From NCBI GenBank assembly GCA_951406725.2, contig OX597839.1:20212001-20276000 (forward strand): a stretch of DNA of 64,000 nucleotides. Direction: 5' to 3'. Position numbers and translations under genes: made by a program. This document shows, in pieces, positions 40,270 through 53,480 of this stretch. The notes under the pieces were generated by a model. That model was not told the origin of the DNA. It was given only the letters and a program-made list of their open reading frames with translations, and did not search any database. The stretch is from Octopus vulgaris. Its lineage: Eukaryota. How positions within the stretch are numbered: position 1 is the stretch's first letter; each line of letters begins with the position of its first letter.

Positions 40270-41774
40270 TTCTTTTTACTTGTTTCCGTCATTTGACTGC
40301 GGCCATGCTGGAGCACTACTTCAATAGGTTTTTTTCTTTTTTAGCCGAAAAACATCGACTCCAGGACTTATCCTTTGTAAGCCCAACGGTTGTTCTATCA
40401 GCCTCTTTTGCCGAACCGCTAAGCTACGGGGGAAGTAATCACACCAACATCGGCTTCTAGAGATGAGGCGGGGTGAGGGAGGGACAAACACAGATACACC
40501 TGGTCATAATTGGAAATACTTTGATCATGTATTTCTAGCTATTCATAAATGCGCTTGTGTGTGTGTGTGTCTGTGTGTGTGTGTATTTACGTACGAACAT
40601 ATGCGTATATGTATGCGTGTTTGTATTCTTTGAGGGTCCTATATTCTAACTATTGCAAATGACAGGCGCTGGTTTGGCTGTGTGGTAAGAAATTTGCTTC
40701 CCAACCACATGGTTCCGGGTTCTATCCCATTGTGTGGCACCTTGGGCAAGTGTTTTCTCCTATAGCCTCAGGCCGATCATAATTGCAAGAGTGGCTGTGT
40801 AGTAAGAAACTTGCTCCCCAAACACATGGTTCTGGTTTCAGTCCCATTGTGTGGCACCTTGGGCAAGTGTCTTCTATAGCATTGTGAATGGATTTGGTAG
40901 ACGGAAACTGAAAGAAGCCCGTCGTATATGAATACATATATGTATTTATTTATGTGTATGTGTATGTCTATGTCCCCCGCCCCCCATTATCGCTTGTGTT
41001 TATATCCTCGTAACCTAGCAGTTTGGCAAAACATCGATAGAATAAGTACTAGCTTTACAAAGAATAGGTCATGGGGTCGATTTCTCCGACTCAAACCCTT
41101 TTCAGGCTTTGCTCCAGCATGGATACAATCAAATGACTGATACAAGTAAACGAATAACAGAATAACAGAATAACAGAATAGCAGAATCCATGTACTCGCT
41201 ACTTTATAAGTATTCTAGTTTCTGTGATAGCTATGAGATATGCGAGTCACAACAGAAGTAACAATGGGTTATGTCTGGAAGGAAAAATTTTGTAAAAACA
41301 TTAAAGCTAACATTGAATTTTCAAACGACAAATATTAAAAAAAAAAAGATGAACAGATATATTTGCAAAACAAAAGCAAAAAACAATGACATTTCTGCTT
41401 GAACTCATACGTGTCAAAATCTTAATAATAGCTTTGCAAGCATGGCTAGTCAAAAGGAAACGTTGGATATAGGTCTGTTCGTAGAGAAACGAATAAACAT
41501 CATGAGAGAGACCTATCAAGGGCGGAGAGGAAAGTACTTTCTTGTTCGAGGAGTACATTGGAGAACAAGCAAGGAGGAAGGTATCATACATCTGTCTAGG
41601 CCCTAATGGGGTGGGCCTTTAAGAGTTAGAAAAATTCCAGTTTGATGTGTGAAATAGGTGTTTCCATTGATGAGGGAATGGTAGTTTGGGGTGTATTGTA
41701 CGTTTTTCAGTTGTCAAGCTATGTTGGGGGGGGACAAACAGAGACACACAACCATATACACACACTCATATATA

Positions 41775-41811
<37 letters not shown>

Positions 41812-41962
41812 GGAGGGCTTCTTTCAGTTTCCGTCTACCAAATCCACTCACAAGCCTTTGGTCGGCCCGAGACTATATTAGAAGACACTTGCCAAAGATG
41901 CCACACAGTGGGACTGAACCCGGAACTATGTGGCTGGTAAGCAAGCTACTTACCACACAGCC
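40270..41962. mobile_element. Older SINE-A copies: 40270-40500 (-), 40665-41160 (+, duplicated head), 41710-41962 (-)
   Basis: Similarity to family A. Confidence 0.8.
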
Positions 41963-42018
41963 ACATACAGACACACACACACACATATATATACAAACAC
42001 ACACGCACACATACATAC

Positions 42019-42055
<37 letters not shown>

Positions 42056-42067
42056 TATATACATATG

Positions 42068-42145
<78 letters not shown>

Positions 42146-42514
42146 TATAGACATACCATGACTTCGAATCAGACTGGATGTTGAATCTATCCTTTCACCG
42201 CTCCGAGTGGATCTATGATTTAAATGACTGGACTCAAAGACTTTTGAATTAAATAAATACATGAAATGATATTTATTCATTGTTAGGGAAGATTTGTTTT
42301 CCTTTTTACTGTCTGAGAAAAGGTAACGGTAGCAGAGTTAGGTGGGGGCAGGGAGGTGAGAAGGGATGAGGTGAGGTGAGTGGGGTAGAGTTGGTTTATC
42401 CCGTTACCAGAACTTTCTGAGTGAACGCAAATTATTTGGAAGGTTTTTCATTATACGGGATGAGATGGAGAATGAAATGAAGGAAGAGAGAGAAAGAAAG
42501 AAAGAAAGAAAGAC

Positions 42515-42549
<35 letters not shown>

Positions 42550-42550
42550 C

Positions 42551-42593
<43 letters not shown>

Positions 42594-44418
42594 CAGAAAG
42601 AAAGAAAGAAAGAAGATGTACTAGATGAGGTGCTTATAGATGCGAATATAAATAGTTGGGAAGAAAACGTAGAAGAAAAGAAGTGAAAGCAAAGGAAAGA
42701 AAGAAGGAAAACAAAAAGGAAGGAAGGAAGGAGAGAGAGGAAGGAAAAAAGAAAGGAAGGAAGGAAAGAAAGAGAGGAAAGAAGGAAAGAAAGAAAGAAA
42801 GAAAGAAAGAAAGAAAAGAAGGAAGGAGAGAGAGGAAGGAAAAAAGAAAGGAAGGAAGGAAAGAGAGGAAAGAAGGAAAGAAATAAAGAAAAGAAGGAAG
42901 GAGAGAGAGGAAGGAAAAAAGAAAGGAAGAAAGGAAAGAGAGGAAAGAAGGAAAGAAAGAAAGAAAAGAAGGAAGAAAGAAAAAAGAGAGGTAGGAACGA
43001 ACGAACTAACGAACGAAAGAAAATACAAGAACAAAAGAAAGAAAGAAAGACATGGGTCGGAAAGAACAATATGGAAACGCAAACAGATAGAAAACATAGA
43101 AGGAGAGAAAGCCATGAAAGAAAAAAGAAAGAATAAGGAAGATAGAAAAAAGAAAGTGGAAGAAAGTGGGAAATTGATCAAGAAATACTGGCAAAAATAA
43201 CTAAAATAACAACCAGCATCATTACGACAACTAATAAAAATTTGTAGAAATTGAAAAGACACCTATAAAAAAATAGATACGAGGTAATCGGGGTATGCAG
43301 GGTATATGTAAGTACTCTTCTTACCCTCTTGTGTGTGTCTCTCTTCCTACTTTCCTTGTTATTTTTAGTAAGTTCGCCTGTTATCTGAGTACAAACAGTT
43401 AAGATGTATGTATGTGTCTGTGTTTCGAGCGAACTTCCGTTGTATATCAAATACGATGTGTTGACAGTAAGTTTAATTAAAAGATGTGATGATGAAGATG
43501 TGATGGAGTTAAAATGGAGGTTAAAAAAAAAAAACCAAAAAGACACGGGCAGACGGAGAGACGTGGGGCGGGGAATTAAAGACAGACGGACAGAGGGAGG
43601 GGAGGTAAAGCGAGCAGCAAGGCTATGTCTGAACGAATTTAAACATATACATCAAAAGTATTTTTCCTCAGTGACCATCTCACCTTTATATATACATATA
43701 TACATACATACATACACTCTCTCTATATGTGTGTGTGTATGTATATACATATTCATACACACACACACACAAATATATATATAAACACATATATGTGTAT
43801 GTATTTATATATGCGTGTATATATTTATGTAGATATGTATATATACACATATATATATGTATGTATATATGCGTGTATATATTTAAGTATATATGTACAT
43901 TTTTTTTTCTAGTTTCAGCTCAGAGCTGCGGCCATGCTGATGCACCGCCGTTGTGTGCGTATATATATATATACGCACACATAAATATATATATACATAT
44001 ATATGCGTGTGTGTATCTGTGTATATATACATGTATACATATGTATATAATACATATACTCTTTTACTTGTTTCAGTCATTTGACTGTGGCCATGCTGGA
44101 GCACCACATTTAGTCGAGCAAATCAACCCCAGGACTTATTTGTCCATTTTCAAGCGAAGTCGCTACTTGTTACTTTCGAAGTTTTCTTTGAACAGTCAGA
44201 TGTCAATTTATCTGGAGAGAAGCAATGGAGTTTTCAATGGATGTTTAAATTGCATCATGAAATTATCTCCAGCTCTAGCCTCACTCATTAGAGTCAGCCA
44301 ATGAACTTTTCAGGTCATTTCGTATATACAGGTACAACTCATTTTTGGCAGCTGAGTGAACAGGAGTAATGAGCGAAAAAAGGTATCTTGCTCAAGGATA
44401 AAACTTACTCACTTGTAC

Positions 44419-44826
44419 TTAGTTAGTTAGTTAGTTAGTTAGTCAGTCAGTTAGTTAGTTAGTTAATTTGGCTCAAAAGCAAATAGCAAGGCCATGTAGG
44501 GGGACATGGAGTTAAGTACAGGGTGGTGTTCATGTAAATAGTTCAGGCCACTTGAGGTCAAGGGAGGCTTTGAACAAAGCGGTCGTCGGCATCTTCACCA
44601 TCTCGTTTGGCAGCTTGTTCCACGGATCCGCAACCGGGACGGAGAAAGCTCCTCTCCTCCGATTGAGATGAAATCGTCGCAGGTAGAGCTTTTCGGAATG
44701 ACCCCGCAGCCGACGCTCTGGAGCAGGAGTGAAGAACAGCTCTTTCGAGAGGTTACACTTTCCGCTTATGATGTTGTGGGCGAGAATGAGATCACCACGG
44801 CGGCGGCGTTTTTCAAGAGAATAACT
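44419..44826 (-). pseudogene. 5'-truncated CR1-clade LINE with (TAAC)n tail
   Basis: YSLEKRRRRGDLI...LRGHSEKL...FSV.VADPWNKLP...FKASLD are CR1 ORF2 C-terminal motifs; short 3' UTR and tetranucleotide tail. Confidence 0.9.
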
Positions 44827-45125
44827 TGTGGCGACATTCACCCTGAGCGGGTTGAGTCGGCTTCTTCTACCATGGAAGAAGTTTCGTGGGAATATGTGGA
44901 TTTCACAAGCAGTCCCCAACAATCCCGCATGTAGAGACATCCTGTTTGGCGCAGAATGTCCGCAGACGCAGGGACAGAACGACCGAGGAGCCGCCGGTTG
45001 CCGAAACAGACACTCCGAGGATTTTCATCAGAGTCTGCCGGGTTGTGGCCCTAATACCGACGGCAAAGCTCTGACACTACCCATTGCCAGCGTCCCCACC
45101 ACGGTGAGGAGGGGATGGACTTTGG
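44826..45125 (-). mobile_element. ~300-bp non-autonomous (bipartite) RTE derivative
   Basis: 3' end GAAGAAGCCGACTCAACCCGCTCAGGGTGAATGTCGCCACAAGT matches RTE end at 55565-55618; 5' part GC-rich, RTE 5'UTR-like; no RT coding sequence. Confidence 0.65.
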
Positions 45126-45395
45126 GATACAACACTCTGCAGGGAATCGAAATCATATCCTTACGATTGGGAGCCGAATACCCTAACCGCTAAGCCACGC
45201 GCCTTCACCATATTTAATATGTACATACATGCGTACATGTGTCTGTGGGTGTGGATGTGTGTGTGTATATATATAAGGTTGAGATTTCAAGCAATACAAT
45301 GGGTATGTACGTATTGTAAGCTTGTGTGTGTAGTTATATGCACGAATATGTGTGATAGTGTGTCTGTGTGTGTATGTGTGTGTGTTTGTGTCTGC

Positions 45396-45446
<51 letters not shown>

Positions 45447-45699
45447 GCGTTTGTTATATGATTCTTTGTGTGTGAATATTATTATCCTCACACTCACACA
45501 CACACACACACACGATCATGCACATACACATTCACACGCACACACATACGCACGCACCTGAATAAAACAAGCTAGATCAACACAACTCTCAACGCTATTC
45601 ACAAATGTATATATATATATATATATATACATACATACATACATATATATGTATATATATATATATATGCATATATATATATATATATACATATACATA

Positions 45700-45737
<38 letters not shown>

Positions 45738-45806
45738 TATATGCATCTATATATGTATATATATATACATATATATATATAGATTATATACATATACACA
45801 TATATA

Positions 45807-45848
<42 letters not shown>

Positions 45849-45931
45849 ATGTATGTATGTATGGGGGAGTGCATGTATGTATACCCTTACATGCGCAGAC
45901 ACACGTCTGTAAGCAAACAAACTTATAAATC

Positions 45932-45962
<31 letters not shown>

Positions 45963-46467
45963 ACACCTACAGAGATACATAAATACACAAAATTTATCCA
46001 GTTTAAGGAATGTTTTTGTAAGCGTTTCCGGGATCTCAATGAATAGTTTCATTAACGAAATATCGTGGTGGCGATAGCGGTAGTAGTAGTAGTAATAATA
46101 GCAGTGGTAATGGTGGTAGTGGTGTTGGTAGGGTGGGGGTGAGGATGGTCGGGTATGTATGCGATTTTGGCTATAGCAGGGAGGACAGAGAGAGGTGGGG
46201 TGTAATGAGAGCATTGGCGAAAGGAAATGAGATCGGGATATGGGGGGGGGCGATGTGTGTATATATATAAGAGCAAATAACGGCAAAGACGGGTATAGGT
46301 GTATAGGGAACAAACTAGATTTTTACCGGGTACTGGGTAGGTTATTCACGTGTAAAGATGTATACACGAGTGTATGTATGTACATAGGTACGTTTGAATC
46401 TACCCAACTATCTATATGCCTACCTACCTACATACCTATTAATCTTATCTGTATATATATATATATG

Positions 46468-46499
<32 letters not shown>

Positions 46500-46501
46500 A
46501 G

Positions 46502-46548
<47 letters not shown>

Positions 46549-46616
46549 ATGTATGTATATGTATTACGTATGTATGTATGTGTATATATATATATGTATG
46601 TATGTATTTATGTATG

Positions 46617-46648
<32 letters not shown>

Positions 46649-46718
46649 TGTATGTATATATATGTGTGTGTATGTATGTATCTATGTATGTATGTATGTG
46701 TGCATGTATGTATGTATG

Positions 46719-46765
<47 letters not shown>

Positions 46766-47121
46766 ACGTATGTATGTATATGTATGCATGTATGTGTGCA
46801 TGTATATATGTATATATGTATGTATATATATATATATATTATATATATATACCTGTATACATGTATGTATAAATGCGGACACTTAGAGAAATATTTATGG
46901 TATGTGTCCGTGTGTCCGTTTGTGACAGTGATCTATAAAATCCTCTGTGTGTGTGTGTGTGAGTGTGTATGTATGTGTGTGTGCGCGCGTGCGTGTGCAT
47001 CTATATATATATATATATCACATATAATTACACATAAATATATATGTATGCATATATGTGTGTCTATGTGCATATATATGTGTGTGCGTGTGTATATATA
47101 CATACATTTATTTATTTAATA

Positions 47122-47325
47122 CTTATGGCCACTTTAATGTGGCTGTCCTCTAATAGACGACGATACTGTCATTTAGCCCCAGGAAGACATCTCCTCCAGC
47201 TGGTTCGCTTACAATAAATATCGGGTGTGAAAAGCGCACTGAGAAATCAGCTGGAAGAGAAGTCTTCCTGGCGTTAAATCGCAGAATTGTCTCTAAGAGG
47301 ACATCAACGTCAAAATGGCCATAAG
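47122..47325. repeat. Fold-back element with ~80-bp imperfect inverted arms
   Basis: CTTATGGCCA..TGTCCTCT..CCAGGAAGAC..CCAGCTG vs CAGCTGG..GTCTTCCTGG..AGAGGACA..TGGCCATAAG. Confidence 0.75.
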
Positions 47326-47385
47326 CAATATTCTGTCTTTCGTATACTGCTTCTATCACGAACAGATTTTCTAACGAACTAGTTT

Positions 47386-47422
<37 letters not shown>

Positions 47423-47462
47423 TGTTGTGAATTTATGGAAAGAAATTCCAAAAAAAATCAAC

Positions 47463-47550
47463 AATGGCGGTGCCCCAGAAAAATGGCGGTGCCCCAGCAT
47501 GGCCACAGCTCGTGAGCTGAAACTAGATAAAATAAATAAATAAAATAAAA
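47463..47550 (+). mobile_element. Ultra-short 3'-tail retroinsert with duplicated 5' part
   Basis: AATGGCGGTGCCCCAG twice, then CATGGCCACAGCTCGTGAGCTGAAACTAG+(ATAAA)n. Confidence 0.7.
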
Positions 47551-47742
47551 ATGAAATTTTGCTAAAAAGGGAGAAGAGATGCTAAAATATATGAGAACTT
47601 TTTATTTCTGCAAACGATCGTTTCGTACAGCGATATAAAGCTCATGCAAATTCATGGTTGAATAGAATTAATTAAATTAATTAGATTAAATTAAATTAAT
47701 TATATATCCCTGTACTCTTCACTGCAACATGTATAAGCAAAA

Positions 47743-47843
<101 letters not shown>

Positions 47844-48820
47844 GTATGTGTATGTACGTATCTATGTATTTATGTATGTATGTCATTGTTCAGTTTTATT
47901 TCAAGATTTCTTGCCAATAGAGAAAGAGCCGGTTTCTAACCTAGATTCAAGGATCTTTCATTGGAATTTCAACATCAACAACAGGGTATTTTCATGCATG
48001 TGTACGTGCAGATTTGTATGCTTTGCTTTATGGATGTATTCTCATGCATATAATTGCATATCTGAAAATGCTCACGTATATTTAAATGATAAACTTCTGG
48101 AAAGTTTTACAGATTTTTACAGTTCCAGTGATCTTGTAGATCACTTGTAGCCTTCGAATTAGCTTTCTCCTTCTTGGTTTTGGAAAGCCTAATTTCTCAA
48201 GATTTGTATTTAGGCAGTGTGTTACATATGTATGTATGCATGTATGTATGTAAGTATGTATATATGTATGTAACACATAAAGTCATATAGGCATGTATGT
48301 GTATGTGTATTTGTATATATGTGTGTATGTATATATATATATGTATTTGTATATATGTGTGTATGTATATACATATGTATTTGTATATATGTGTGTATGT
48401 ATATATATATGTGTGTGTGTGTGTATGTATGTGTATGTGTGTGTATGTATGTGTATGTATGTATATATGTATGTATGTATGTATATATATATAAGCGATA
48501 GTCTTCTTATTTACCTAAAACTCTATTCAATTATTCTATTTATTCATTTATTTACTTTATCACTGATTCTTTTGACCACTCCTCTAAGAAAGATAGTTTG
48601 TGCCCTGCTTACCCAAAAAATGTCCCCCACCACCACCCCATTAAACCTGCCTAAATGTATAAATGCCAAAACTTATTTTAACAGCAAGCTTCCTGATGAT
48701 TTCATTTGAATGAAACAGTTCTAGTCCTGTAGAATTACCTTCTATAAAATAAATTAATTTACTCTGCTATGTATTGAGTACCTTATTTACTGTGGTTAAC
48801 CCCGACTCAACCCGGGACCT

Positions 48821-48853
<33 letters not shown>

Positions 48854-48855
48854 AA

Positions 48856-49095
48856 GGTCACAGCAGGTATGGCCTCCTGTGTAAGAACGCGCCGAGAGCC
48901 TGGAGATCTTGTTCGCCAAAGGCCCTCTCCTCAACAAGATCTCGGAACACTCCCCAAACTGTATGCACAAAATTTATGCAAACTACAAAAACTACAGACC
49001 CACCCGGCAACCCGATTGACGACACCCCACCCACTAAAACCCCCCACCCCCACCGTTCCTTCAGCACCCCCAATTACTTTCTCTCCTAAGACTAT
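48856..49095 (+). pseudogene. Penelope-like element ORF C-terminus (GIY-YIG region) relic in (TA)n
   Basis: TAGMASC / ESLEILFAKGPLLNKISEHSPNCMHK resembles PLE C..C..E...I.....LLN.rsE....C.H; frameshifted. Confidence 0.6.
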
Positions 49096-49166
49096 TTACA
49101 TATATATATATATATATATATGGATACATATATATACATGTATATATATTATATATGAAAATATGA

Positions 49167-49233
<67 letters not shown>

Positions 49234-49599
49234 TTCGTATATAAATATACAGCATATAAATAGTGTGTGTGCATGTATGTGTGTGTGTGTGTGCTTTGGA
49301 TTTTGATGAAGCAAGACTAGAGGATCAAATGATTATAATCTTAATCCGTCCAAGTAATCCAGAGGATTTCCGAAATGAGATCAAACTTGTGATGTCAAAC
49401 AGCCACCCGATTGTCGGCGTGGAGTAACAGTACTTCTCGGCTGGGTGGGTAGCGGATGGCGTTTCTTCTTTCAACAGCTGAGAATACGGATGGGATGAAG
49501 GTGAAAGGTGCGGAGGGTGAGTTGGAGGGGAGGAAGAATTTATTATCCGAATTATCCTCCCACTCACTACCCCCGACACACACACACATGCAGCACCTC

Positions 49600-51142
49600 C
49601 GCTGTCCCCACCATCAACTCCACTCTGCCTCTACTACTATCATCCCCACCGTCACCATCACAACCTCCACCAACATTACCGCCACCACTCTAACCACCGC
49701 CATCACTATCATCATCATACCACTACCATCAGCGCTACCGCCACCATCACTACTACAACTACCACTACCACCATCATAACCGCCACCTCTGCCGCCGATA
49801 CCAGAAGCACCAAGACCATCGCCGCCACCATCACTACAACCACCACCACCACCATTATCAAACCCACCACCTCCGGCGCCACTCCCAGGACTACCACTAC
49901 TACCAGAACCACAGCACGGCCGCCACCACTAATACACCCACCACCTCCTGTGCCACAACCACCACCACCATCACCACCGTCACCACATACACAGCCACCA
50001 CCTCCGGTGCCACTACTACTAACGCCACCATCACCACCACCACTACCAGAACCACCAACACCACCGCCACCACCACCAACACCAACACCACAAGAAGCAC
50101 CAACACCACCGCCACCACATACACACCCACCACCTCCGGTGCCACACCACCAATACCGCCGCCGCATACACACCCACCACCCCCGGCGCCACTACCACCA
50201 CCACCATGACCACCGCCACCACCCTACATACCCACAACCAGCACACCCATTACTTTCATCTTTTCTTTCGTCCTCGTTCACTTGAGAACATACGTAAACA
50301 GTTCGAAAGAGAGAGAGAGAGAAGGAATTGGCTAAGGGTGTCGGGTGGAGGGATTGATGGCCGTCAGTTATAAACGGGTGGGAGACTAGATGAAGGGGGT
50401 GAGTGGCTGGCGGCGGGGTGAGAAATTAATTGAAGAAGGAAGGAAGGAAGGATGAAAGGATAAATAAAAACTCCATTATTGTTGGGGTTTCTTTTAGGGT
50501 GTTGTTAGTGAAAGGGATAGGTAATATCATGAAGACTATGGAGACGTTGTCATCTACATCATTATCATCATCATCATCAGCAGCAGCAGCAGCATCCGCA
50601 ACAGCATCTCAATCAACATTATTCTTATCATCATCCTCATTGTAATCGTCACGTCCACCGCCACCACAACCACCACCACCACCAACACATTCGTTATCAT
50701 CGCCATTGTCATCATTATGTCCGTCAACATCATTATCATCATCGCCATAATCATCATCATCATCATCATCGTGGTCGTCGTCGTCATCGTTGTCATCATC
50801 ATCATTGTTATCATCATATCGTCGTCTCATCGTTATCGTCATCATCATCATCATCATCATCGTTATCGAAATATCGTCGTCGTCATCATCGTCACCATCG
50901 TGTCCACCACCACTTTCACCATCACAGTCATCATCATCAGTATGGCCATCACCATAGTTACAATCAACATCATTACACATCATCATCATCATCAACATCG
51001 TCATCATCATCGACAGCATAATCATCGTCATCATCAACATTATCATCATGCCCACCACCACCACCTTAATCATCACAATCATCATCATTATTGTCCTCAC
51101 CTTCGCCATCAACATCACTACCATCATCAACATCATCATCAT
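49600..51142. repeat. (CCA)n and (CAT)n low-complexity fields
   Basis: Direct inspection; no continuous reading frame. Confidence 0.85.
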
Positions 51143-51219
51143 CGTGGAATAAGAACGAGCGGAAACACTTAAAACAGAGGGTCTCTGAAAGGGTCACGGG
51201 ATGTGCAACGAAAGAAATT

Positions 51220-51400
51220 AAGTTTAGTTTTTTGTTTGACCGTTTTTCCTGGACGCTTCAATGATTTCACGCGAGTACGCCATCTACCGACCCCGTCCGC
51301 ATGCTTCTTCTTTAATTCGTCAACATTTTCCATTTCACTGTCCTGAAGCAAGCTATCCGCAAAAGTTAGACGTTTCCTCCTCTGTAGACTTTCCCTTCAG
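51220..51400 (-). pseudogene. RTE-clade LINE C-terminal relic
   Basis: RRKRLTFADSLLQDSEMENVDELK...WRTRV resembles RTE GR...T..D.L..D.....EL...M.DR..WR. Confidence 0.6.
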
Positions 51401-51419
51401 CTAGCTGCCACAAGGAAGG

Positions 51420-51625
51420 AAGTTGAAGGTTCAGTTGTCTCCAGCGTAGGGTCAGTTTTGTTATACGGTGATGAGTTTTCAGTCTGAGACCTCACCAATA
51501 AGCTTGAAAACCAAATAGGTGGCTGCCACCCAAGAACGCTAAGAATGGCTGTTAATGTCACATGGAAAGTTCATTCCACCAACGAACGGCTTTATCAAGG
51601 TCTACCCAAGGTAAGCACCAAAAAC
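51420..51625 (+). pseudogene. RTE-clade RT thumb-region relic, inverted relative to neighbour
   Basis: VGSVLLYGDE...LTNKLENQIGGCHPRTLRMAVNVTWKVHSTNERLYQGLPKVSTK. Confidence 0.75.
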
Positions 51626-51671
51626 AAAAAGAGACTAAAACAACAACAAAAACAATAATAATAATAATAAT

Positions 51672-52320
51672 ATCGACCCCAGTGTTTCAGTGGTACTTAT
51701 TTCATTGACCCAGAAAGGATGAAAGGCAAAGTCGGCTTCGGCGGAATTTGAACTCAGAACGTAGCGGCAGACGAAATACCTATTTCTTTACTACCCACAA
51801 GGGGCTAAACACAGAGAGGACAAACAAGGACAGAGAAACGGATTAAGTCGATTATATCGACCCCAGTGCGTAACTGGTACTTATTTAATCGACCCCGAAA
51901 GGATGAAAGGCAAAGTCGACCTCGGCGGAATTTGAACTCAGAACGTAGCGGCGAACGAAATATCTATTTCTTTACTACCCACAAGAGTGGACAAACAAGG
52001 ACAGACAAACGGATTAAGTCGATTATATCGACCCCAGTGCGTAACTGGTACTTATTTAATCGACCCCGAAAGGATGAAAGGCAAAGTCGACCTCGGCGGA
52101 ATTTGAACTCAGAACGTAGCGGCGAACGAAATACCTCTTTCTTTACTACCCACAAGAGTGGACAAACAAGGACAGACAAACGGATCAAGTCGATTATATC
52201 GACCCCAGTGCGTAACTGGTACTTATTTAATCGATCCCGAAAGGATGAAAGGCAAAGTCGACCTCGGCGGAATTTGAACTCAGAACGTAGCGGCAGACGA
52301 AATACCGCTAAGCATTCCGC
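51672..52320 (-). mobile_element. Head-to-tail array of SINE-B units (~172-185 bp, ~3.7 units)
   Basis: CCCCAGTGCGTAACTGGTAC recurs at 172-bp spacing; near-identical units. Confidence 0.9.
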
Positions 52321-52372
52321 CTTGAAAGACGTTAACCGTTAGATTTTCAGCGCATGTTAAACGTTAAATACA

Positions 52373-52698
52373 GTGAGGGCGCGTGGCTTAGTGGTTAGGG
52401 CATTCGGCTCATGATCGTAAGGTTGTGAGTTCGATTCCCGGTGACGCGTTGTGTCCTTGAGCAAGACACTTTATTTCACGTTGCTCCAGTCCACTCAGCT
52501 GGCAAAAATGAGTTGTACTTGTATTTCAAAGGGTCAGCCTTGTCACTCTCTGTGTCACGCTGATTATCCCCGAGAACTACGTTAAGGGTACACGTGTCTG
52601 TGGAATGCTCAGCCATTTGCACGTTAATTTCACGAGCAAGCTGTTCCGTTGATCGTATCAGCTGGGACCCTCGTCGTCGTAACCGGCGGAGTCTTTTT
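52373..52698 (+). mobile_element. tRNA-derived SINE family C, full length, young
   Basis: A box TGGCTTAGTGG, B box GTTCGATTCC, TGTGTCCTTGAGCAAGACACTT CORE-like motif, T tail, TSD TTAAACGTTAAATA. Confidence 0.92.
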
Positions 52699-53018
52699 AA
52701 ACGTTAAATAACATAAAGCACTGAGAAACCACTTGGAGGTTAATTGTTGAACATAATATCGATGTTGAAGCGTCTTAAACAAAAACAAATCCACATTTTA
52801 TGTGGAGTGAAAGGAATAAGGAATTCACTGGCTTATACGCAAAATTCTAGCTTCTGTATTTTAAGCGTAAAAAAAGAAAATTAAATTGGTTGGTGAATAT
52901 TTGAGAAAGTTCATTCCGCATAAGTTTCTTCGGTAGAAAAAAATGTTACCTAGGGCGAAAGATTGACTTGTTGCAGTTTTGTAAACATCGAGAATATATT
53001 TGGAATTGCACCAGCCGT

Positions 53019-53480
53019 GCGTCCACAGAATCAAATTCATACACACAGAACCCCCCACCCACCACCACACACACACACACACATATATTACGTATGTATA
53101 TATATGTACACACACGTATACATGTATATATACATATGTATAAATGCATACATAAATATATACACACATATATATATACACATAAATATACACATATATA
53201 CATGTATATATGATGTATATGTATATATATATATATATGTGAGTATATATATATATGTATATATATATATGCGTCCACAGAATCAAATTCATACACACAC
53301 ACACAGAACTCCCCCCACACACACACATATTACGTATGTATATATATGTACACACACGTATACATGTATATATACATATGTATAAATACATACATAAATA
53401 TATACACATATATATATATACACATAAATATACACATATATACATGATATATATGATGTATATGTATATATATATATGTG
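53019..53480. repeat. ~252-bp local tandem duplication of microsatellite-rich DNA
   Basis: GCGTCCACAGAATCAAATTCATACAC at 53020 and 53271. Confidence 0.8.

Larger units (their letters stand above)
44320..45208 (-). mobile_element. SINE family C split by nested insertions (head 45126-45208, body 44320-44404)
   Basis: Head GGCGCGTGGCTTAGCGGTTAGGG...TTCGATTCCC...GTTGTATCC resumes as GTTTTATCC-TTGAGCAAG. Confidence 0.7.

Noticed and set aside
45005-45032. CUGAUGA on minus strand in RTE derivative
   Set aside because: No downstream GAAA/NUH with compatible stems
45075-45122. HDV-like ribozyme at 5' end of RTE derivative (minus strand CCAU..CUCCUC..GGCAAUGGG)
   Set aside because: P2-like pairing present, but P1, P1.1 and P4 could not be assembled
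47605-47625. Half motifs GAAAC-palindrome-GUH on minus strand (also ~17283)
   Set aside because: CUGANGA half is absent
48688-48732. CTGATGA-TTTCATTTGAAT-GAAAC hammerhead-like motif
   Set aside because: Stem I cannot be formed; at best a decayed relic
49325-50285. Gly/Pro-rich protein exon
   Set aside because: Frames are broken by stops and derive from (CCA)n; the unique 49325-49570 part has no recognisable homology
51672-52320. CRISPR-like or hammerhead-retrozyme reading of the SINE-B arrays
   Set aside because: No unique spacers, eukaryotic context, and no CUGANGA...GAAA fold found in the unit on either strand
52373-52445. tRNA gene (also 56270-56340, 57813-57885)
   Set aside because: tRNA-like head continues into SINE body and tail with TSDs; no convincing acceptor stem
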